NCBI GenBank assembly: GCA_963665115.1 | Contig: OY762007.1 | Location: forward strand, 6,208,001 to 6,272,000 | From: an uncultured Rivularia sp. | GTDB taxonomy: Bacteria > Cyanobacteriota > Cyanobacteriia > Cyanobacteriales > Nostocaceae | Direction of reading: 5' to 3' | Length of the DNA stretch: 64,000 bases | Shown here: in pieces, positions 30,578 to 42,864 of the stretch | Layout of the letters: every line of letters begins with the position of its first letter | How positions within the stretch are numbered: the stretch's first letter is position 1 | Notes under the pieces: model-generated | The model's input: only the letters and a program-made list of their open reading frames with translations | Database searches by the model: none | What the model was told of the DNA's origin: nothing | Translations under genes and position numbers: made by a program

Positions 30578-31014
30578 ATATAACCTCCACTATATTATTT
30601 GAAGAGTCAATAGATATATATCGTAATATCGTATTTGCTCTATAATCGCTTTATCTTACTAATTAATTCTCTCATATTGATAAGACTTTAAGTGCTTTAT
30701 GCAACTATTATTTATAAAATAAATAGACGTTTCTGAATTAAGTAATGAATTATATTTGTTTACATTTTGTCGGAAATGCGAAATCTGTGTAGAGACGTAG
30801 CAATGCTACGTCTTATGTAATGTGAAATTCCCAATTCATCCGCACGATTAAGCAACGCCAATAAATAGATGAATAAATCTAACTTGTCATCTATAAAAAG
30901 ATATAAATTATTAAAATGAAACATCAAATCATTTGATATTTAAAATCGCATTCAAGTCAGCATAGCTGAATGTTGAATACTGAATATTAATTATCTTTAC
31001 TAAGACGGCATTTT

Positions 31015-31032
31015 CCTCATAAGTTCCTCAAA
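31015..31032 (+). promoter_or_regulatory. Direct-repeat box 10 (upstream of PDO-rhodanese)
   Basis: CCTCATAAGTTCCTCAAA-N9-TAAGTT. Confidence 0.8.
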
Positions 31033-31064
31033 TTGTTTTCTTAAGTTGAAATTAGATTGAGTAG

Positions 31065-31239
31065 TAAGTGGGTCTGCAAAATTAATTGTGTCATTACGAG
31101 CGACAGCGTTAGCGAAGCGTGTCCGATAGGACATAGTAATCTCAAAGTGTCGCGATGATCCACACCTTCGGTGAATGCTTCATTTCACTTCGTTCCACTC
31201 GCAATGACAAATACACAATTAATTTTGCCTAAGTACTTA
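31065..31239. mobile_element. MITE-like palindromic element in the predicted 5' UTR
   Basis: TAAGT..GCAAAATTAATTGTGTCATT ... AATGACAAATACACAATTAATTTTGC..ACTTA inverted ends. Confidence 0.6.
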
Positions 31240-31296
31240 GCAGATCTACTTAAATTAGAGGAACACAAAATTATAATTACCCAGGAGAACTGCATC

Positions 31297-31989
31297 ATGC
31301 TATTTCGCCAACTATTTGATAGCCAAACCTCAACTTATAGCTACTTAATAGCCGATGAATCAACCAAAGAAGCCGTATTAGTTGACCCAGTAATAGAACA
31401 AGTTGACCGCGACTACAGACTAATCAAGGAACTGGGTTTAGCTCTGTATTACTGCATAGAAACCCACACCCATGCAGACCATATTACTGCTACTTATGAA
31501 CTACGTAAACTTACAGGTTGTCTGAGTGTAGTTCCAGAAAAATCAAAAGCCGCTTGTGCAGATGTCAGAATTGAAGAAGGGGATAACTTGGGAATTGGTG
31601 CAGTAAACATTGAAGCCATTGCAACTCCCGGTCATACAAGCTGCCATATGGCATATCTAGTCAATCAAGATAGAGTATTAACCGGAGATGCGCTGTTTAT
31701 TCGGGGTTGCGGTCGTACCGATTTTCAAAATGGAGATCCAGGTACTTTATACGACTCAGTAACCCAGAAATTATTTACTTTACCTCCACAAACGTTAGTT
31801 TATCCAGCCCATGACTACAGAGGACATACCGTTTCTACCATAGGTGAAGAAAAACAATTTAATCCTCGGTTTGCAGAACGTAACCGTGAAGAATTTATCG
31901 AATTAATGAACAATTTAGACCTTCCAAATCCGAAAAAGATTATGGAAGCAGTTCCAGCTAATGAGATGTGCGGTAGGGTTGCAGCGTGA
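31297..31989 (+). CDS. ETHE1-like persulfide dioxygenase (MBL fold)
   Basis: MLFRQLFD..TSTYSYL, ETHTHADHIT, TPGHT, GCGRTDFQ, YPAHDY; AGGAG before ATG at 31297. Confidence 0.9.
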   Translation: MLFRQLFDSQTSTYSYLIADESTKEAVLVDPVIEQVDRDYRLIKELGLALYYCIETHTHADHITATYELRKLTGCLSVVPEKSKAACADVRIEEGDNLGIGAVNIEAIATPGHTSCHMAYLVNQDRVLTGDALFIRGCGRTDFQNGDPGTLYDSVTQKLFTLPPQTLVYPAHDYRGHTVSTIGEEKQFNPRFAERNREEFIELMNNLDLPNPKKIMEAVPANEMCGRVAA

Positions 31990-32205
31990 AGGGATTGGCA
32001 GATGGGGAGACAAGGAGACAAGGAGATGGGGAGATGGTAAGCCACTGCGTTGGGCGGGTTCCCCGACTTGTAGCAAGTGGCGCAACCCGTAGGGGGAGAT
32101 GGGGAGAAGAATTATTAATTACTCCTAACCACTAACCACTAACCACTAACAACTAACTAATTCCTAACTGAAATGAATATTTATCTTAAAAAAGGATTTA
32201 TCATC

Positions 32206-32769
32206 ATGACTAGCTTTGTTGAGAACAAACTGCAAGAAATAGATGCTCCTACGCTCAAGCAATTGATGGAAGAAGATGGAGCATTGTTGATTGATGTTAG
32301 GGAAAAAAATGAATTTGCAAAAGAACATATCAGGGGTGCTAAATTAATGTCTCTTTCTCATTTTCATCCTGGAAAAATATCAAATGAAGCACATAGGAAG
32401 ATTGTTTTACAGTGTCAATCGGGTAATCGTTCGGCTAAAGCTGCTGATAAAATGTTTGCTGCGGGATTTAGGGAAATTGTTCATCTAAAAGGAGGATTGC
32501 CTACTTGGAAAGCCGCAGGATATCCTACACAGATAAATAAAAAAGCGCCGATTAGTATGTTTCGTCAAGTTCAAATTGTAGCAGGCTCTTTGGTCTTTCT
32601 AGGAACAGTTTTAGGTGCTTTTGCATCTCCTTGGTTTCTCATTATCAGTGGTTTTGTAGGTGCTGGTTTAGTATTTGCTGGAGTCACAGATACTTGTGCA
32701 ATGGCATTGCTACTAGCAAAATTACCCTACAATCAAGCGAAAGTTAACCCCGAAGATATGCTGGTTTGA
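32206..32769 (+). CDS. Rhodanese-domain sulfurtransferase with DUF2892 TM (YgaP-like)
   Basis: LIDVRE..EF..EHI.GA, CQSGNRS, RQVQIVAGSL, GAGLVFAG.TDTC.M. Confidence 0.9.
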   Translation: MTSFVENKLQEIDAPTLKQLMEEDGALLIDVREKNEFAKEHIRGAKLMSLSHFHPGKISNEAHRKIVLQCQSGNRSAKAADKMFAAGFREIVHLKGGLPTWKAAGYPTQINKKAPISMFRQVQIVAGSLVFLGTVLGAFASPWFLIISGFVGAGLVFAGVTDTCAMALLLAKLPYNQAKVNPEDMLV

Positions 32770-32864
32770 ATTGTTAAAATTCAACCACACAAATGTAGAG
32801 ACGGCGTGCACAATGCAACGTCTCCAAAAAATCTTGCAAAAACCAAATATATCTCGCTTCATAA

Positions 32865-33014
32865 GGGAGCATCCCAATTCTGAATAAATACTTTATCCGA
32901 TACCCTAGAAGGGTGTGGCTACAATAGCTAAGCCCGACGACCTGGGCTACGATACGAGAGGTATTAGCCCCAGGCTTGTAGCCTGCGGGCTTTTTGCAAA
33001 ATTAGGATGCTCCC
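32865..33014. mobile_element. MITE-like element
   Basis: Terminal inverted repeats GGGAGCATCCCAATT / AATTAGGATGCTCCC. Confidence 0.6.
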
Positions 33015-33213
33015 CTTCATAACCTACTATTAATAAGTAAAAGTTTACATCTATACAACATAATAAATGTGCTTTTTTTTAATAAGAACGTTACTTCAAA
33101 TCTAAGACTTGTAAATTTATCCCTATTTATGGTTTATCAGAGATAGGTAATTTATTCTCAAAGTGCTTCCTACTTTCTTCTGGCTTTACAATTACCTATC
33201 TCTCTTTATTCAC

Positions 33214-34383
33214 TTAGAAACCACGAACTTTAGTGAAGCCAGTATGATAATCGTGGACATTAGAAAGCACAATCGATGCATTTGAGTCGTAAACAATATA
33301 TTTCACAATTACACCACCGCTATGACGCAAGCGATTGCTTAGAAAACTTTGGCTTGTACGGTTGGTACCACCAGCAAGAATTTCCACAGATAGAAAATAT
33401 ACCTTGTTTTGTTCGGAATCTATAATCGATTGAAGACTTCGGGAACTAGCGATTCCTTCCAAAAGACTTTTCCCAGTATTTGGATTAGTTAATTCACCAA
33501 CTAATTTATCAAAAGACTTATCGACTTCTTTTAACTTAGCGAGCTGCTGTGGAGTCAAATTAGGAATTGTCTTTTGTGCTTGATAATTAAGCCGTTGCAA
33601 ATTACTGATATCTTTGAGAATACTTTCAACTGCATCTTCCCTAATCAAAGGATATTCTGCTGGGTAATAAACCGATACATTAGATCGATCTGCCTCTCGA
33701 AATTTAGAACTCAGTTTTGCAACAAATGCTTTAGTGTTGACGTTAACTGTTGTCCCCGTGAAAGTCTTATTCACTCTAAAAAAGGGTAACAAGTCGAATA
33801 AAAAACTAGCAGTGGCACCAGGATTTAGAAAAGAAGATGTATAACCATCAGGAATCTCTAGATTATCAGGTATCAATTCTTGATAATCTTTTTTGATTGA
33901 ATCAATTCGAGCCTTGAAAAGTTCATAATCCAATTTTATAAGTGCAAATGGTACTACTTTTCCATCAAAAACAATTAGAGAAACTTTAGAACCCACTTGA
34001 TCGAGTATTTCAGTTTTGATTTCTTCAGTTACTACTTCCATGATTGGGTTCATGGATTGATAGGCTAGAATTTGATTCTCGAATGTTACATTCTTATCGG
34101 CTGAAATTGTACCATCAGGTGCTTTAGATGAATTAATCTTTGGTAATAATGCTTCTGCTGCAGCTCTTTGAGCTTCTATCCGAGCTTTCTTATTCTCTTC
34201 AAGTTTCTTCCTTTGCTCCTCAATTGTATTTTCATTTTGTAATTTTTCTATTTGTTCTTTCTGCTCCTCAATAGTCTGTCCTAAAACTTGAGAATTTATT
34301 CCAATTCCACACAAGCTTAATACAGTAATCAAAGTAAAAAACGTTGTGTACTTGAACACTATTTGAAACTTATTGTTATTCAT
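33214..34383 (-). CDS. Secreted hypothetical protein with N-terminal coiled coil
   Basis: Signal-like N-terminus; TIEEQK/TIEEQR repeat; box 11 upstream. Confidence 0.75.
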   Translation of the reverse strand: MNNNKFQIVFKYTTFFTLITVLSLCGIGINSQVLGQTIEEQKEQIEKLQNENTIEEQRKKLEENKKARIEAQRAAAEALLPKINSSKAPDGTISADKNVTFENQILAYQSMNPIMEVVTEEIKTEILDQVGSKVSLIVFDGKVVPFALIKLDYELFKARIDSIKKDYQELIPDNLEIPDGYTSSFLNPGATASFLFDLLPFFRVNKTFTGTTVNVNTKAFVAKLSSKFREADRSNVSVYYPAEYPLIREDAVESILKDISNLQRLNYQAQKTIPNLTPQQLAKLKEVDKSFDKLVGELTNPNTGKSLLEGIASSRSLQSIIDSEQNKVYFLSVEILAGGTNRTSQSFLSNRLRHSGGVIVKYIVYDSNASIVLSNVHDYHTGFTKVRGF

Positions 34384-34594
34384 AATCACCTACCAATCCA
34401 AAATGTAGTGAACTATTAAACTGCTACAAGTCGGCATAAATAAGACAAGCATTAAAAATGGCACAAAACCCTAGAAAATCAAATTTATTACTTCTTACTT
34501 TTTACTTCCACGAAGCGGTACTAGGAAGGAATATAAGTTCTTCTCCTTCTTTTTTAGTGGTTTATTGTCTACAATTTCAAGATTAGGAGAATAA

Positions 34595-34612
34595 TGTGAG
34601 GAATTCGTGAGC
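34595..34612 (-). promoter_or_regulatory. Direct-repeat box 11
   Basis: GCTCACGAATTCCTCACA-N9-TAATCT on the minus strand. Confidence 0.7.
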
Positions 34613-34981
34613 ATACTTATTTGTGTGTAAATAATAAGTATAGTGATATTACTGCAAAAAATGTGAGTATTTTTATTTCAAAGTATTGCTATGCTAGACT
34701 TTGGGATGCCTGTTTTTTAAGATATATTCTTATAGTTGTGTTTTAGCTGTATTAAATAAAACTTTATAGTAATATTTTATAAAATGGGCTTTGATAAACC
34801 TTATTTATCTAGAAGCAAGGAAACAAAGCTTCGTGTCCGTTTGCTTCTTGTACAAGATTTGCGCTGAATATACAAGTAAAGGAAATTTCAGATATCGAAG
34901 GTTACGCAAAACTTAAATTTGTTCTATTGTAAAGATTAAAGATAAAAATGCTTTATTGAAATTACCCACCGCACTTGCACT

Positions 34982-37900
34982 ATGCAGCAGAACCAGCGAT
35001 TTGCACTGGAACAAGCGATAGAACGCAATCCTTTGATTGTCACCCCTGATACACCTTTATTTGAGGTGATTCAGCTAATGAGTCAGGGGTGGGTAAGAAG
35101 TTGTAATCTCGAACAAAATCATTTCTCTTCAGATGAAAATCAGGTGGTGTCAGCCCATAGCAGTTATTCCTTAGTAATGCAGGATTCGCAGGTGACTGGT
35201 ATTTTTACCGAGCGCGACATGATGCGGTTGCTTGCTGCTGGGAGAATACGACAGGAGACAACTATTGCAGAAGTGATGAGCCAGGAGATAGTGACGCTCA
35301 AAGCTGCGGAAGTTGAAGATGTTTTTACCGTTTTGAGTTTGACTTGCGATCGCAATATTCGTCATCTACCAATTGTTGATGAGCAAAACCAACTTCTGGG
35401 GATAATTACCCCCGAAGGAATGCGAAAAGCGCTTCATCCTACTGAGTGGCTGAGATTTCGCCGGGTTGCTGAAGTGATGAATACCCAAGTTCTTCATGCA
35501 CCTCCAACAATATCGGTGCTAGATGCAATCAAATTAATGGTTGAACATCATACTAGCTGTGTGGTGATTGTGCAAGGGAATAGGGCATTGGGCAATGGGC
35601 ATCAGGCATTGGGTATGGTGCAAGGGGCAAGGGGCAATGAAGGGACGGATATGAGTCCTTCCCAATCTTCTCCACTTATTCCTATTGGAATTCTTACCGA
35701 ACGCGACATAATTCAATTTCAGAAGTTGGAGTTAAATTTAGAAGGCACGCAGGTACAAAATGTCATGAGTTCGCCGCTATGTTTGGTAAATGCGGATGAG
35801 TCATTATGGACTGTACACCAGAAAATGCACCAGTATCGGGTACGACGGTTGGTTATCGCTGGTGAAGCAGGAGAATTACGGGGAATAGTTACGGAAACTA
35901 GCTTATTACAAGCTTTAGATCCGACTGAGATGTATGGGGTTTTGGATTTATTGCAGGAAAAAGTCGAACGCTTGGAAGTAGAAAGAAGTGAATTATCGCA
36001 AAGCTACACCAAGCAATCTCAACTTTATCAGCAAGTGCAGACAGCACTCGAAGAACGTAAGCAGATAGAAAAAGCGCTGCGAGAAGAAAGAAATTTAACA
36101 TCTGCGATTTTAGATGTAGCTGGTGCTTTAATTGTCGTTCTGGATAAACAAGGACAAATTATAAGCTTTAACCAAGCCTGTGAAAAAATTACTGGCTATA
36201 GCTTTGAAGAAGTTGAAAATAAGCAGGTATGGAATTTAATTGCTCACGAAGAAATAGAAACCACTACAAAAGTTTTTGAGCAACTGAAAAAAGGTGACTT
36301 TCCCAATCAAAATGAAAACCACTGGGTAGCAAAGGATGGAAGTCTTCGTTTAATTAGCTGGTCAAATACTTGTTTAATTGATGACGATGGTTCGGTAAAA
36401 TATATTATCGCAACTGGAATTGATATTACTGAGAAAAAGCAAGTAGAAGAAGACTTAAATCGTTTTTTCTCGCTTTCTCTTGATATGCTTTGTATAGCTG
36501 GGTTAGATGGTTATTTTAAACAAATAAATCCAGCTTTTCAACACACTTTAGGATATACGGAAGCAGAATTATTTGCACAACCCTTTTTAAGTTTTATTCA
36601 CCCCGATGATATAGCACCAACTTTAGCGGAAATGGATAAACTTTCCCAGGGAGTTAAAACAATTGCTTTTGAAAACCGCTATCGCTGCAAAGATGGCTCT
36701 TACAAGTGGTTGCAGTGGAATGCAACTCCTTACGAGCAACTACTTTATTCGGTAGCGCGAGATGTAACTGAGTATAAGCAAACGCGAGAAAAAATCAACG
36801 AGCAAGCTGCTTTACTAGATGTCGCTACCGATGCAATTTTGGTTCGGGATCTCGAAAATCAAATCTTATTTTGGAATCAAGGTGCAGAACGTTTATATGG
36901 CTTTACCTCAGCAGAAGCTTTGGACAAAAATACCAATGAATTACTTTTCCGCGATTCTTTAGCACAATTAGAAGAAATCTATCAAGTACTATTTAAGGAG
37001 GATTACTGGAAAGGGGAACTACATCAAGTTACTAAAGCTGGCAATGACATTGTTGTTTTTAGTACTTGGAACTTAGTACGCGACGAACAAGGAAATCCCA
37101 AATCAACATTAATAGTTAATACCGATATTACCGAGAAAAAGCAATTAGAAGCTCAATTTCTCCGCGCTCAACGTTTGGAAAGTATTGGTACATTATCCGG
37201 TGGAATTGCTCACGATTTAAACAATATTCTCACGCCGATTTTGGCGATTTCTCAGCTTCTCCCGCTTACACTTCCTTCTTCGGATGAACAAACAAAGCAT
37301 TTATTTGATGTACTTGAAACTAGTGCTAAACGAGGAGCAACTTTAGTTAAGCAGGTGTTATCTTTTGCGCGAGGTGTTCAAGGCGATCGCACTCCCCTAC
37401 AAGTTAAACATATCATCTCGGAGATAAAAGATTTTGCTCGCAACACTTTTCCTAAATCAATCGAAATTCAAGTCGGTTTGCCCGATGATTTACGGTTAAT
37501 TAGTGCCGATGCGACACAAATTCATCAGGTATTAATGAATCTTTGCGTTAATGCTCGCGATGCAATGTCAAACGGCGGTACGCTAAGTTTAAAAGCTGAA
37601 AACATCGATATCGATCAAAACTATGCCAAGATGAATCTTGATGCGAGCGTGGGGAATTATGTTGTAATTACAGTTGCAGATACGGGTACGGGTATTCCTC
37701 CAGAAACTTTGGAAAGGATTTTTGAACCATTTTTTACTACTAAAGAACAAGGTAAAGGTACTGGGCTAGGACTTTCAACCACAATTGGTATTATCAAAAG
37801 TCACGGTGGTTTTATCAATGTTTATAGCGAAGTTGGTGAAGGAACAAAATTTCAAGTTTATTTACCAGCAATCCAAACAGCAAAAATTGTACAAGTCTCT

Positions 37901-38293
37901 CAAGCAGAAATTCCCGAAGGAAAAGGAGAATTAATCCTTTTAGCAGATGACGAGATGAGTATTAGGGATATTACTAAAACATCTTTAGAAAATTACAATT
38001 ATCAAGTAATTACCGCTAGCGATGGAATTGAAGCAATCGCCCTTTATGCCCAGCATCGAAACGAAATCAGCGCTGTGTTAATAGATATGATGATGCCGGA
38101 AATGGATGGTGTAACCACTATCCGCACCCTGCAAAGAATGAATCCCCAAGTTAAGATAATTGCCGTCAGCGGATTAGCTACCAGCGATAAAGTAAGCGCA
38201 GCAATGAGTAGTGGTGCCAAATTATTTTTATCAAAACCTTACACTAGCGAAGAATTACTAAGAAAATTGCATCAAGTTCTCAATCTTGGATGA
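34982..38293 (+). CDS. Hybrid histidine kinase: 4xCBS-3xPAS-HisKA-HATPase-REC
   Basis: GIFTERD/GILTERD CBS motifs, three PAS domains, [27 protein letters not shown]. Confidence 0.93.
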   Translation: MQQNQRFALEQAIERNPLIVTPDTPLFEVIQLMSQGWVRSCNLEQNHFSSDENQVVSAHSSYSLVMQDSQVTGIFTERDMMRLLAAGRIRQETTIAEVMSQEIVTLKAAEVEDVFTVLSLTCDRNIRHLPIVDEQNQLLGIITPEGMRKALHPTEWLRFRRVAEVMNTQVLHAPPTISVLDAIKLMVEHHTSCVVIVQGNRALGNGHQALGMVQGARGNEGTDMSPSQSSPLIPIGILTERDIIQFQKLELNLEGTQVQNVMSSPLCLVNADESLWTVHQKMHQYRVRRLVIAGEAGELRGIVTETSLLQALDPTEMYGVLDLLQEKVERLEVERSELSQSYTKQSQLYQQVQTALEERKQIEKALREERNLTSAILDVAGALIVVLDKQGQIISFNQACEKITGYSFEEVENKQVWNLIAHEEIETTTKVFEQLKKGDFPNQNENHWVAKDGSLRLISWSNTCLIDDDGSVKYIIATGIDITEKKQVEEDLNRFFSLSLDMLCIAGLDGYFKQINPAFQHTLGYTEAELFAQPFLSFIHPDDIAPTLAEMDKLSQGVKTIAFENRYRCKDGSYKWLQWNATPYEQLLYSVARDVTEYKQTREKINEQAALLDVATDAILVRDLENQILFWNQGAERLYGFTSAEALDKNTNELLFRDSLAQLEEIYQVLFKEDYWKGELHQVTKAGNDIVVFSTWNLVRDEQGNPKSTLIVNTDITEKKQLEAQFLRAQRLESIGTLSGGIAHDLNNILTPILAISQLLPLTLPSSDEQTKHLFDVLETSAKRGATLVKQVLSFARGVQGDRTPLQVKHIISEIKDFARNTFPKSIEIQVGLPDDLRLISADATQIHQVLMNLCVNARDAMSNGGTLSLKAENIDIDQNYAKMNLDASVGNYVVITVADTGTGIPPETLERIFEPFFTTKEQGKGTGLGLSTTIGIIKSHGGFINVYSEVGEGTKFQVYLPAIQTAKIVQVSQAEIPEGKGELILLADDEMSIRDITKTSLENYNYQVITASDGIEAIALYAQHRNEISAVLIDMMMPEMDGVTTIRTLQRMNPQVKIIAVSGLATSDKVSAAMSSGAKLFLSKPYTSEELLRKLHQVLNLG

Positions 38294-38710
38294 TATAGGA
38301 ATTCGATTTATATAAAAAAACGTGATAGGTGTCGGGATAAAGCAAGCTCAATATATTTTTCAAAATAATTTGCTTCAAAACAATAACACCCAAGCATCTA
38401 CTTGCTCAGGGATTTCCTCTTTTTTGTTATCTTCATAGGGACGTACTAATCAATTGCTTCACAAATTAATAGTAACGTTGCCCCCTGACTCTCACAACGA
38501 GGAATTATAAGCGTTCGAGTTGGGTGTTGTTGTTAGTTTTCGAGACAGATTATGAAACAGTTTACTTACCTCTTCACTTGATTTAACCTGTAGTACCAGG
38601 CTATTTTATCTGCCAGGGAAGCTTCAATCAGCTTCATTTTCAATATAGCAATTATGAGCTAAAGATAAATTCTTTTGAAACTAATCTTTACCTTTAATTA
38701 AATTACTATA

Positions 38711-39926
38711 CTATCCGATTAATTCAGCTACTCGGATTGCAGATGTAATGGCACCTTCATGTAAACCATCTCCTAAGTAAGCGCCTGCATGATAGGTATG
38801 ATTTTCCCCGTTGGTATCAACTACTTGATCTCGGTATCGGAAAGATTCAACAGTATATAATGGTGTATCATGTTCCAAACTTTGAATAATTTTATCTAGA
38901 TTAATTAAAGATTCGAGATTAAACGCCAAGCTATATTTAACTTCAGATGAGACACCACACAACTGATTAAGATAAGCATTATATCCCCATCCCTTTGCCG
39001 TCTCGAAAAAATCAAACTCCGAAGGTTGTTTAATACCGTATCTATCGTACATCGAAGTATCGGCATGAATCAGCGTAACTATTTGGTTGTTCTCCCAACT
39101 ACCAAAGCGTCTGATTTCAGCTTCTGTAGGATCTAACAATAGCTTTAGTACTCTATCTGGTGGAGTCGCAAACACAACTTTATCAAATCGATAGGTTGCA
39201 CCATCTGATAGTTCAATTTTGACACCATCCGCAATTCTAGAGACATCCGCGACGCTGATGTTTAACAGAATTTCCCCTTTGAAACGCTGTAAAATCTTTT
39301 CAATATAGGAATATACTCCCCCCTTAATTCTGAACCAGTCGATAAAAATATAATCTCGCAGAGATAGAATCCCTAGTTTCCGCAGGAAAATCATCAATTA
39401 GTTCAAATTGCATTGAATAACTATACATCGCCAGCAGTTTTATCCAGGTATTTCTAACACATCGAGTCTTTAAAAAGTAAGATAAAGACCGATTATAGAC
39501 GGACGGAATTTGAGCAAAATGAGTTTTTAACCAAAAACCAGCCGAACGAGCGTATAAACCATCAAGCTTAAAAAATTCGATTAGTCGCTGTATTCGGGTG
39601 AAATTTTTGCGGATTGCCGTTGCAGAATGTATATGATGACCATTTTTGAAAAACATCGTAGAACCTAAATCAACAGGTTCTAAATCAACTTCTAACTCTT
39701 TCATCAAATTGAGAAAGTTGTAGAAATTACCGGGAAATTCCAGTACTCCACCTTCTAAAAATTCGTTACATTCACAGCTTTCAGGTTTAACATTTTTATT
39801 AAGAGTACGAATATGTCCTCCTAGAATAGGCTGCTTTTCAAACACTGTAACATGATGACCTTGTTTATCAAGAAGATAAGCCGTGACTAAACCGCTGGCT
39901 CCCCCGCCAATAATAGCTATTCTCAT
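38711..39926 (-). pseudogene. FAD-dependent oxidoreductase (amine-oxidase/COG2907-like) split by a +1 frameshift
   Basis: IAIIGGGASG...FEKQPILGGH in the first frame and GAYLGDGLHEGAITSA in the second. Removing one T at 39377-39379 gives ...DDFPAELGILSLRDY. Confidence 0.8.
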
Positions 39927-40003
39927 CACTCAACTCCTATATTGATTGCTTTTTGATAACTGTTCACTGCATGACGCTACCGCATCACGCTGCGCTAACG
40001 CTG

Positions 40004-41542
40004 TTAACTGTTTGTTAAAATCTTGTCTCCCGACAACCTTTGATATAAAAGCGCTCCCGTCCAAAATGTCGGAGCAAATCCTGGATATCCCGATGAAGCA
40101 TTGCAAAAATAGAAATTTTTCAGAGAGGTTTGATGATTTAATCGACCAATCCCCATGTTTTTAGGAGTAAGACTAGAACCGTAGGAATTACCATGAGGAC
40201 AATGACAAAACCGTTCGTTGGTTGTAGGACTTCCCGTAATTTTAAAGACTAAGTGTTGCCGAATATCTGGAATATAATGCTTCTCGACAACATTTAGAAT
40301 AGAGTTTAAAATTTCCTCCTTCTTTTGCCGATAAGCCTTTTGATCTCGTGCTTTAAGTTCTTGGAAATAGCTGTAGTCAGCCACAGTCAAAAACTCGATA
40401 ATTTGACAGTCTTCCGGACAGTCACGCTGCTCGGTAGTTAATAGCGTGGGTGTAGTAATGGCAAAGCTGGGATTCGAGTAATCGTGAGAAACGTACATTT
40501 GATAAAATGCTTCATTCAAGTCTTGATGATCTGTATGAAAAGTATTCCATTTACCAAATCCATAGTCTCGTAAGTCCATATCTTTGACTACACAGTATGC
40601 CATGTAGTTTGAGGGAGAATATTCGTAGTTGAGTTTTTTCCGTACCGTCGGAGAAAACTTTTCATATCCAATCATTTTGGCAGCTTTTTTCGGATCTATA
40701 TTGCAAATAACGGTATCGGCAGTAAACTTAGAAGTCTGATGGGTAATTAAATTCATAGCTTCAACACCCGTAACTGTTTTACCATTAAGTAGAAAGTTGA
40801 CAACTTCAGTATTGAAAACAATTTCGCCACCGTTATCAACAATCGCTTCGACTAATCCATCAATCACAGCTTCAAAATGACGGGTAGGATAATAAGCCCC
40901 TTCTTGGTATCCTGAAAATAAAATTACCCAAGCGTAAAAAGAAAGTTGATTTGGTGGTAGTAAAAAGTCAGGCCATTGCGATGCTAAAAGCGTTTGCGCG
41001 GCTTGAGGTAGTTTGAATTGATCAAAAACATCTTGTAGGGTGCTGTGCAAATATCTTATAGCGCAGCTAACTTCACCGAAATGCTTAAATAATTCCCCAG
41101 GATTCACCGGAGGAGCTAATATTTTTAATCCCTCTCTAGTCTTTTTAACTTCAAAAACAAACTTACTAATTTGCTCTGTATTTTCAGGAAACAAATCTGC
41201 AAGTCGTCGAATCAATTCCTGTGAATCGGAAGGAATATCCAAAGCATAATTTGGCATTCGCATATGGTCAAACCCATTCGGGTCATAGCTTTCAAAAGTT
41301 ATATCTTGGTCTAAATTAAGTTTTTTCAGCACTTGATTAACAGGTTTACCTTCACCGCAATCCCAAACATAGTGAAGTTGTGCGTTAAAGCGATATTTTT
41401 TAGCCATAGTGAAAGTATGACCAAATCCACCAGGATACTCATGGGCTTCTAATACTTGCACTCGCTGACCGGATTTTGCCATCAGTGCGCCAAATACTAA
41501 GCCAGATAAACCGCTGCCTAAAATCAGGTAATCCGTTTTCAT
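40004..41542 (-). CDS. Phytoene desaturase/retinol saturase-family FAD oxidoreductase
   Basis: DYLILGSGLSGL...VLEAHEYPGG, SPTTNERF...GNSYG, TSLKNFYFC. Confidence 0.85.
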   Translation of the reverse strand: MKTDYLILGSGLSGLVFGALMAKSGQRVQVLEAHEYPGGFGHTFTMAKKYRFNAQLHYVWDCGEGKPVNQVLKKLNLDQDITFESYDPNGFDHMRMPNYALDIPSDSQELIRRLADLFPENTEQISKFVFEVKKTREGLKILAPPVNPGELFKHFGEVSCAIRYLHSTLQDVFDQFKLPQAAQTLLASQWPDFLLPPNQLSFYAWVILFSGYQEGAYYPTRHFEAVIDGLVEAIVDNGGEIVFNTEVVNFLLNGKTVTGVEAMNLITHQTSKFTADTVICNIDPKKAAKMIGYEKFSPTVRKKLNYEYSPSNYMAYCVVKDMDLRDYGFGKWNTFHTDHQDLNEAFYQMYVSHDYSNPSFAITTPTLLTTEQRDCPEDCQIIEFLTVADYSYFQELKARDQKAYRQKKEEILNSILNVVEKHYIPDIRQHLVFKITGSPTTNERFCHCPHGNSYGSSLTPKNMGIGRLNHQTSLKNFYFCNASSGYPGFAPTFWTGALLYQRLSGDKILTNS

Positions 41543-41608
41543 AACTAGTTTTGTTAAATAACTATATTCATGCTCTGGTCGAGCATAAAATTTATTTTCT
41601 AAATTAAA

Positions 41609-41626
41609 TTTGAGAAACTTGTGAGG
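41609..41626 (-). promoter_or_regulatory. Direct-repeat box 12
   Basis: CCTCACAAGTTTCTCAAA on the minus strand; weaker -10 (GAAAAT at N9, within TAGAAAAT). Confidence 0.75.
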
Positions 41627-41732
41627 AAGTAACTTATACAGCTTATATAGTCACGAAGGAAAAATAAATAAAATATTAAATATCAGCAATAATCGTGAGA
41701 AAATGTGCTTTTTTCGCTAGCAGCAAAGGAAT

Positions 41733-41750
41733 ACTCACAATTTCCTCAAA
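41733..41750 (+). promoter_or_regulatory. Direct-repeat box 13
   Basis: ACTCACAATTTCCTCAAA-N9-TAAGAT. Confidence 0.8.
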
Positions 41751-42018
41751 TTTTAGATTTAAGATCAAAGAACAGCTAAAAAATTAGCTTACAAAAGTTT
41801 ACACTAGCAAGAAGTAAGATAGAAAGATTTCACAACAATAGAACAGATATCAAGGTAAAACTTTTTACGTTATTATGACCGTAAATACACCACAAGTCGA
41901 TTGTTGCTAACCTGTTAGCACAAACTGCTTTAAAAAAGATTTCCTGTTCCGCGCTCATTTAAAATCGTGTAGAAACTATCTATCTACCTCCTGGCTTGTG
42001 TTTTCGCTGGAGGTAACT

Positions 42019-42630
42019 ATGAATAACAAAAATGAACGTAAAACATCAATAAAATTTGTTGCAACTTTCTTAGCTACAGCAACATTAATGGCTGCTACGA
42101 TTGCACCTGCTTTGGCTGCACCAAAAGTCAGAATTGTTGATGACGTAGGTTACGGTGGTAGCGGTTGTCCTGACAGGTCAGCAAGCGTTACCGTTAGTCC
42201 CGATGGTCAAGAATTATCTATTCTGTTTGATGAATTCATTGCAGATGCAGCAAAACGCAAACATCGTCGTAAAAGCTGTAATCTATCAATTCCGATAAAA
42301 GTCCCTCAAGGATTTCAAATCTCCCTCTATGATGCAGACTATCGAGGTTATGTAGCTCCCTCAACTACTGCAAGACTGAGAGCAGAATATTTCTTTGCAG
42401 GTCAAAGAGGTCCGATTTTCAGCAGAATATTCAAAGGTGAAAGCGAGTATTTTGTTCGAGATCCATTAGAAACAGTTGCTAATGTGTGGTCGCGCTGTGG
42501 TGATAGTTTGAATATGCGGGTGAATGCAGCAATGTCTGCTCGCGGAAAAGGAATTGCAACGGTTGATTCTTTTGATCTGGCCCATCGTGGTTTGAAATAC
42601 CATATCAAATACCGTTCGTGTAATAAATAA
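42019..42630 (+). CDS. DUF4360-family secreted protein
   Basis: Signal peptide (ALA), YGGSGCP, RKSCNL...VPQG, DYRGY; GGAGG before ATG at 42019. Confidence 0.85.
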   Translation: MNNKNERKTSIKFVATFLATATLMAATIAPALAAPKVRIVDDVGYGGSGCPDRSASVTVSPDGQELSILFDEFIADAAKRKHRRKSCNLSIPIKVPQGFQISLYDADYRGYVAPSTTARLRAEYFFAGQRGPIFSRIFKGESEYFVRDPLETVANVWSRCGDSLNMRVNAAMSARGKGIATVDSFDLAHRGLKYHIKYRSCNK

Positions 42631-42698
42631 TTATTTTATTGCTGGAAAACGAAGTATTTGTTACTAGTTGAACGTTGATAGCAAATCATATGTCCTGC

Positions 42699-42731
42699 TA
42701 GCGGTGTTGTCAAAGTTAGACAACACCGCTA
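42699..42731. terminator. Hairpin terminator between convergent genes
   Basis: TAGCGGTGTTGTC-loop-GACAACACCGCTA, a perfect 13-bp stem. Confidence 0.7.
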
Positions 42732-42864
42732 TGTCTTGAAATTGAAAATATCGTGATAGTATATTTGTGCTAAGCTTATGCCCAAAGAAGCTTTAAACAG
42801 TTAAGCCAAATATTTGCAGGTATTATAGTCAATAATATAAATTAATTTTTAAGAATAAAACCTG

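Noticed and set aside
31171..31296. N-terminal extensions in the ORF track (PDO 31171, atpA 21965, kinase 6843, antiporter 18420)
   Set aside because: They come from repeats or overlaps; downstream ATGs fit the family starts and RBS positions better.
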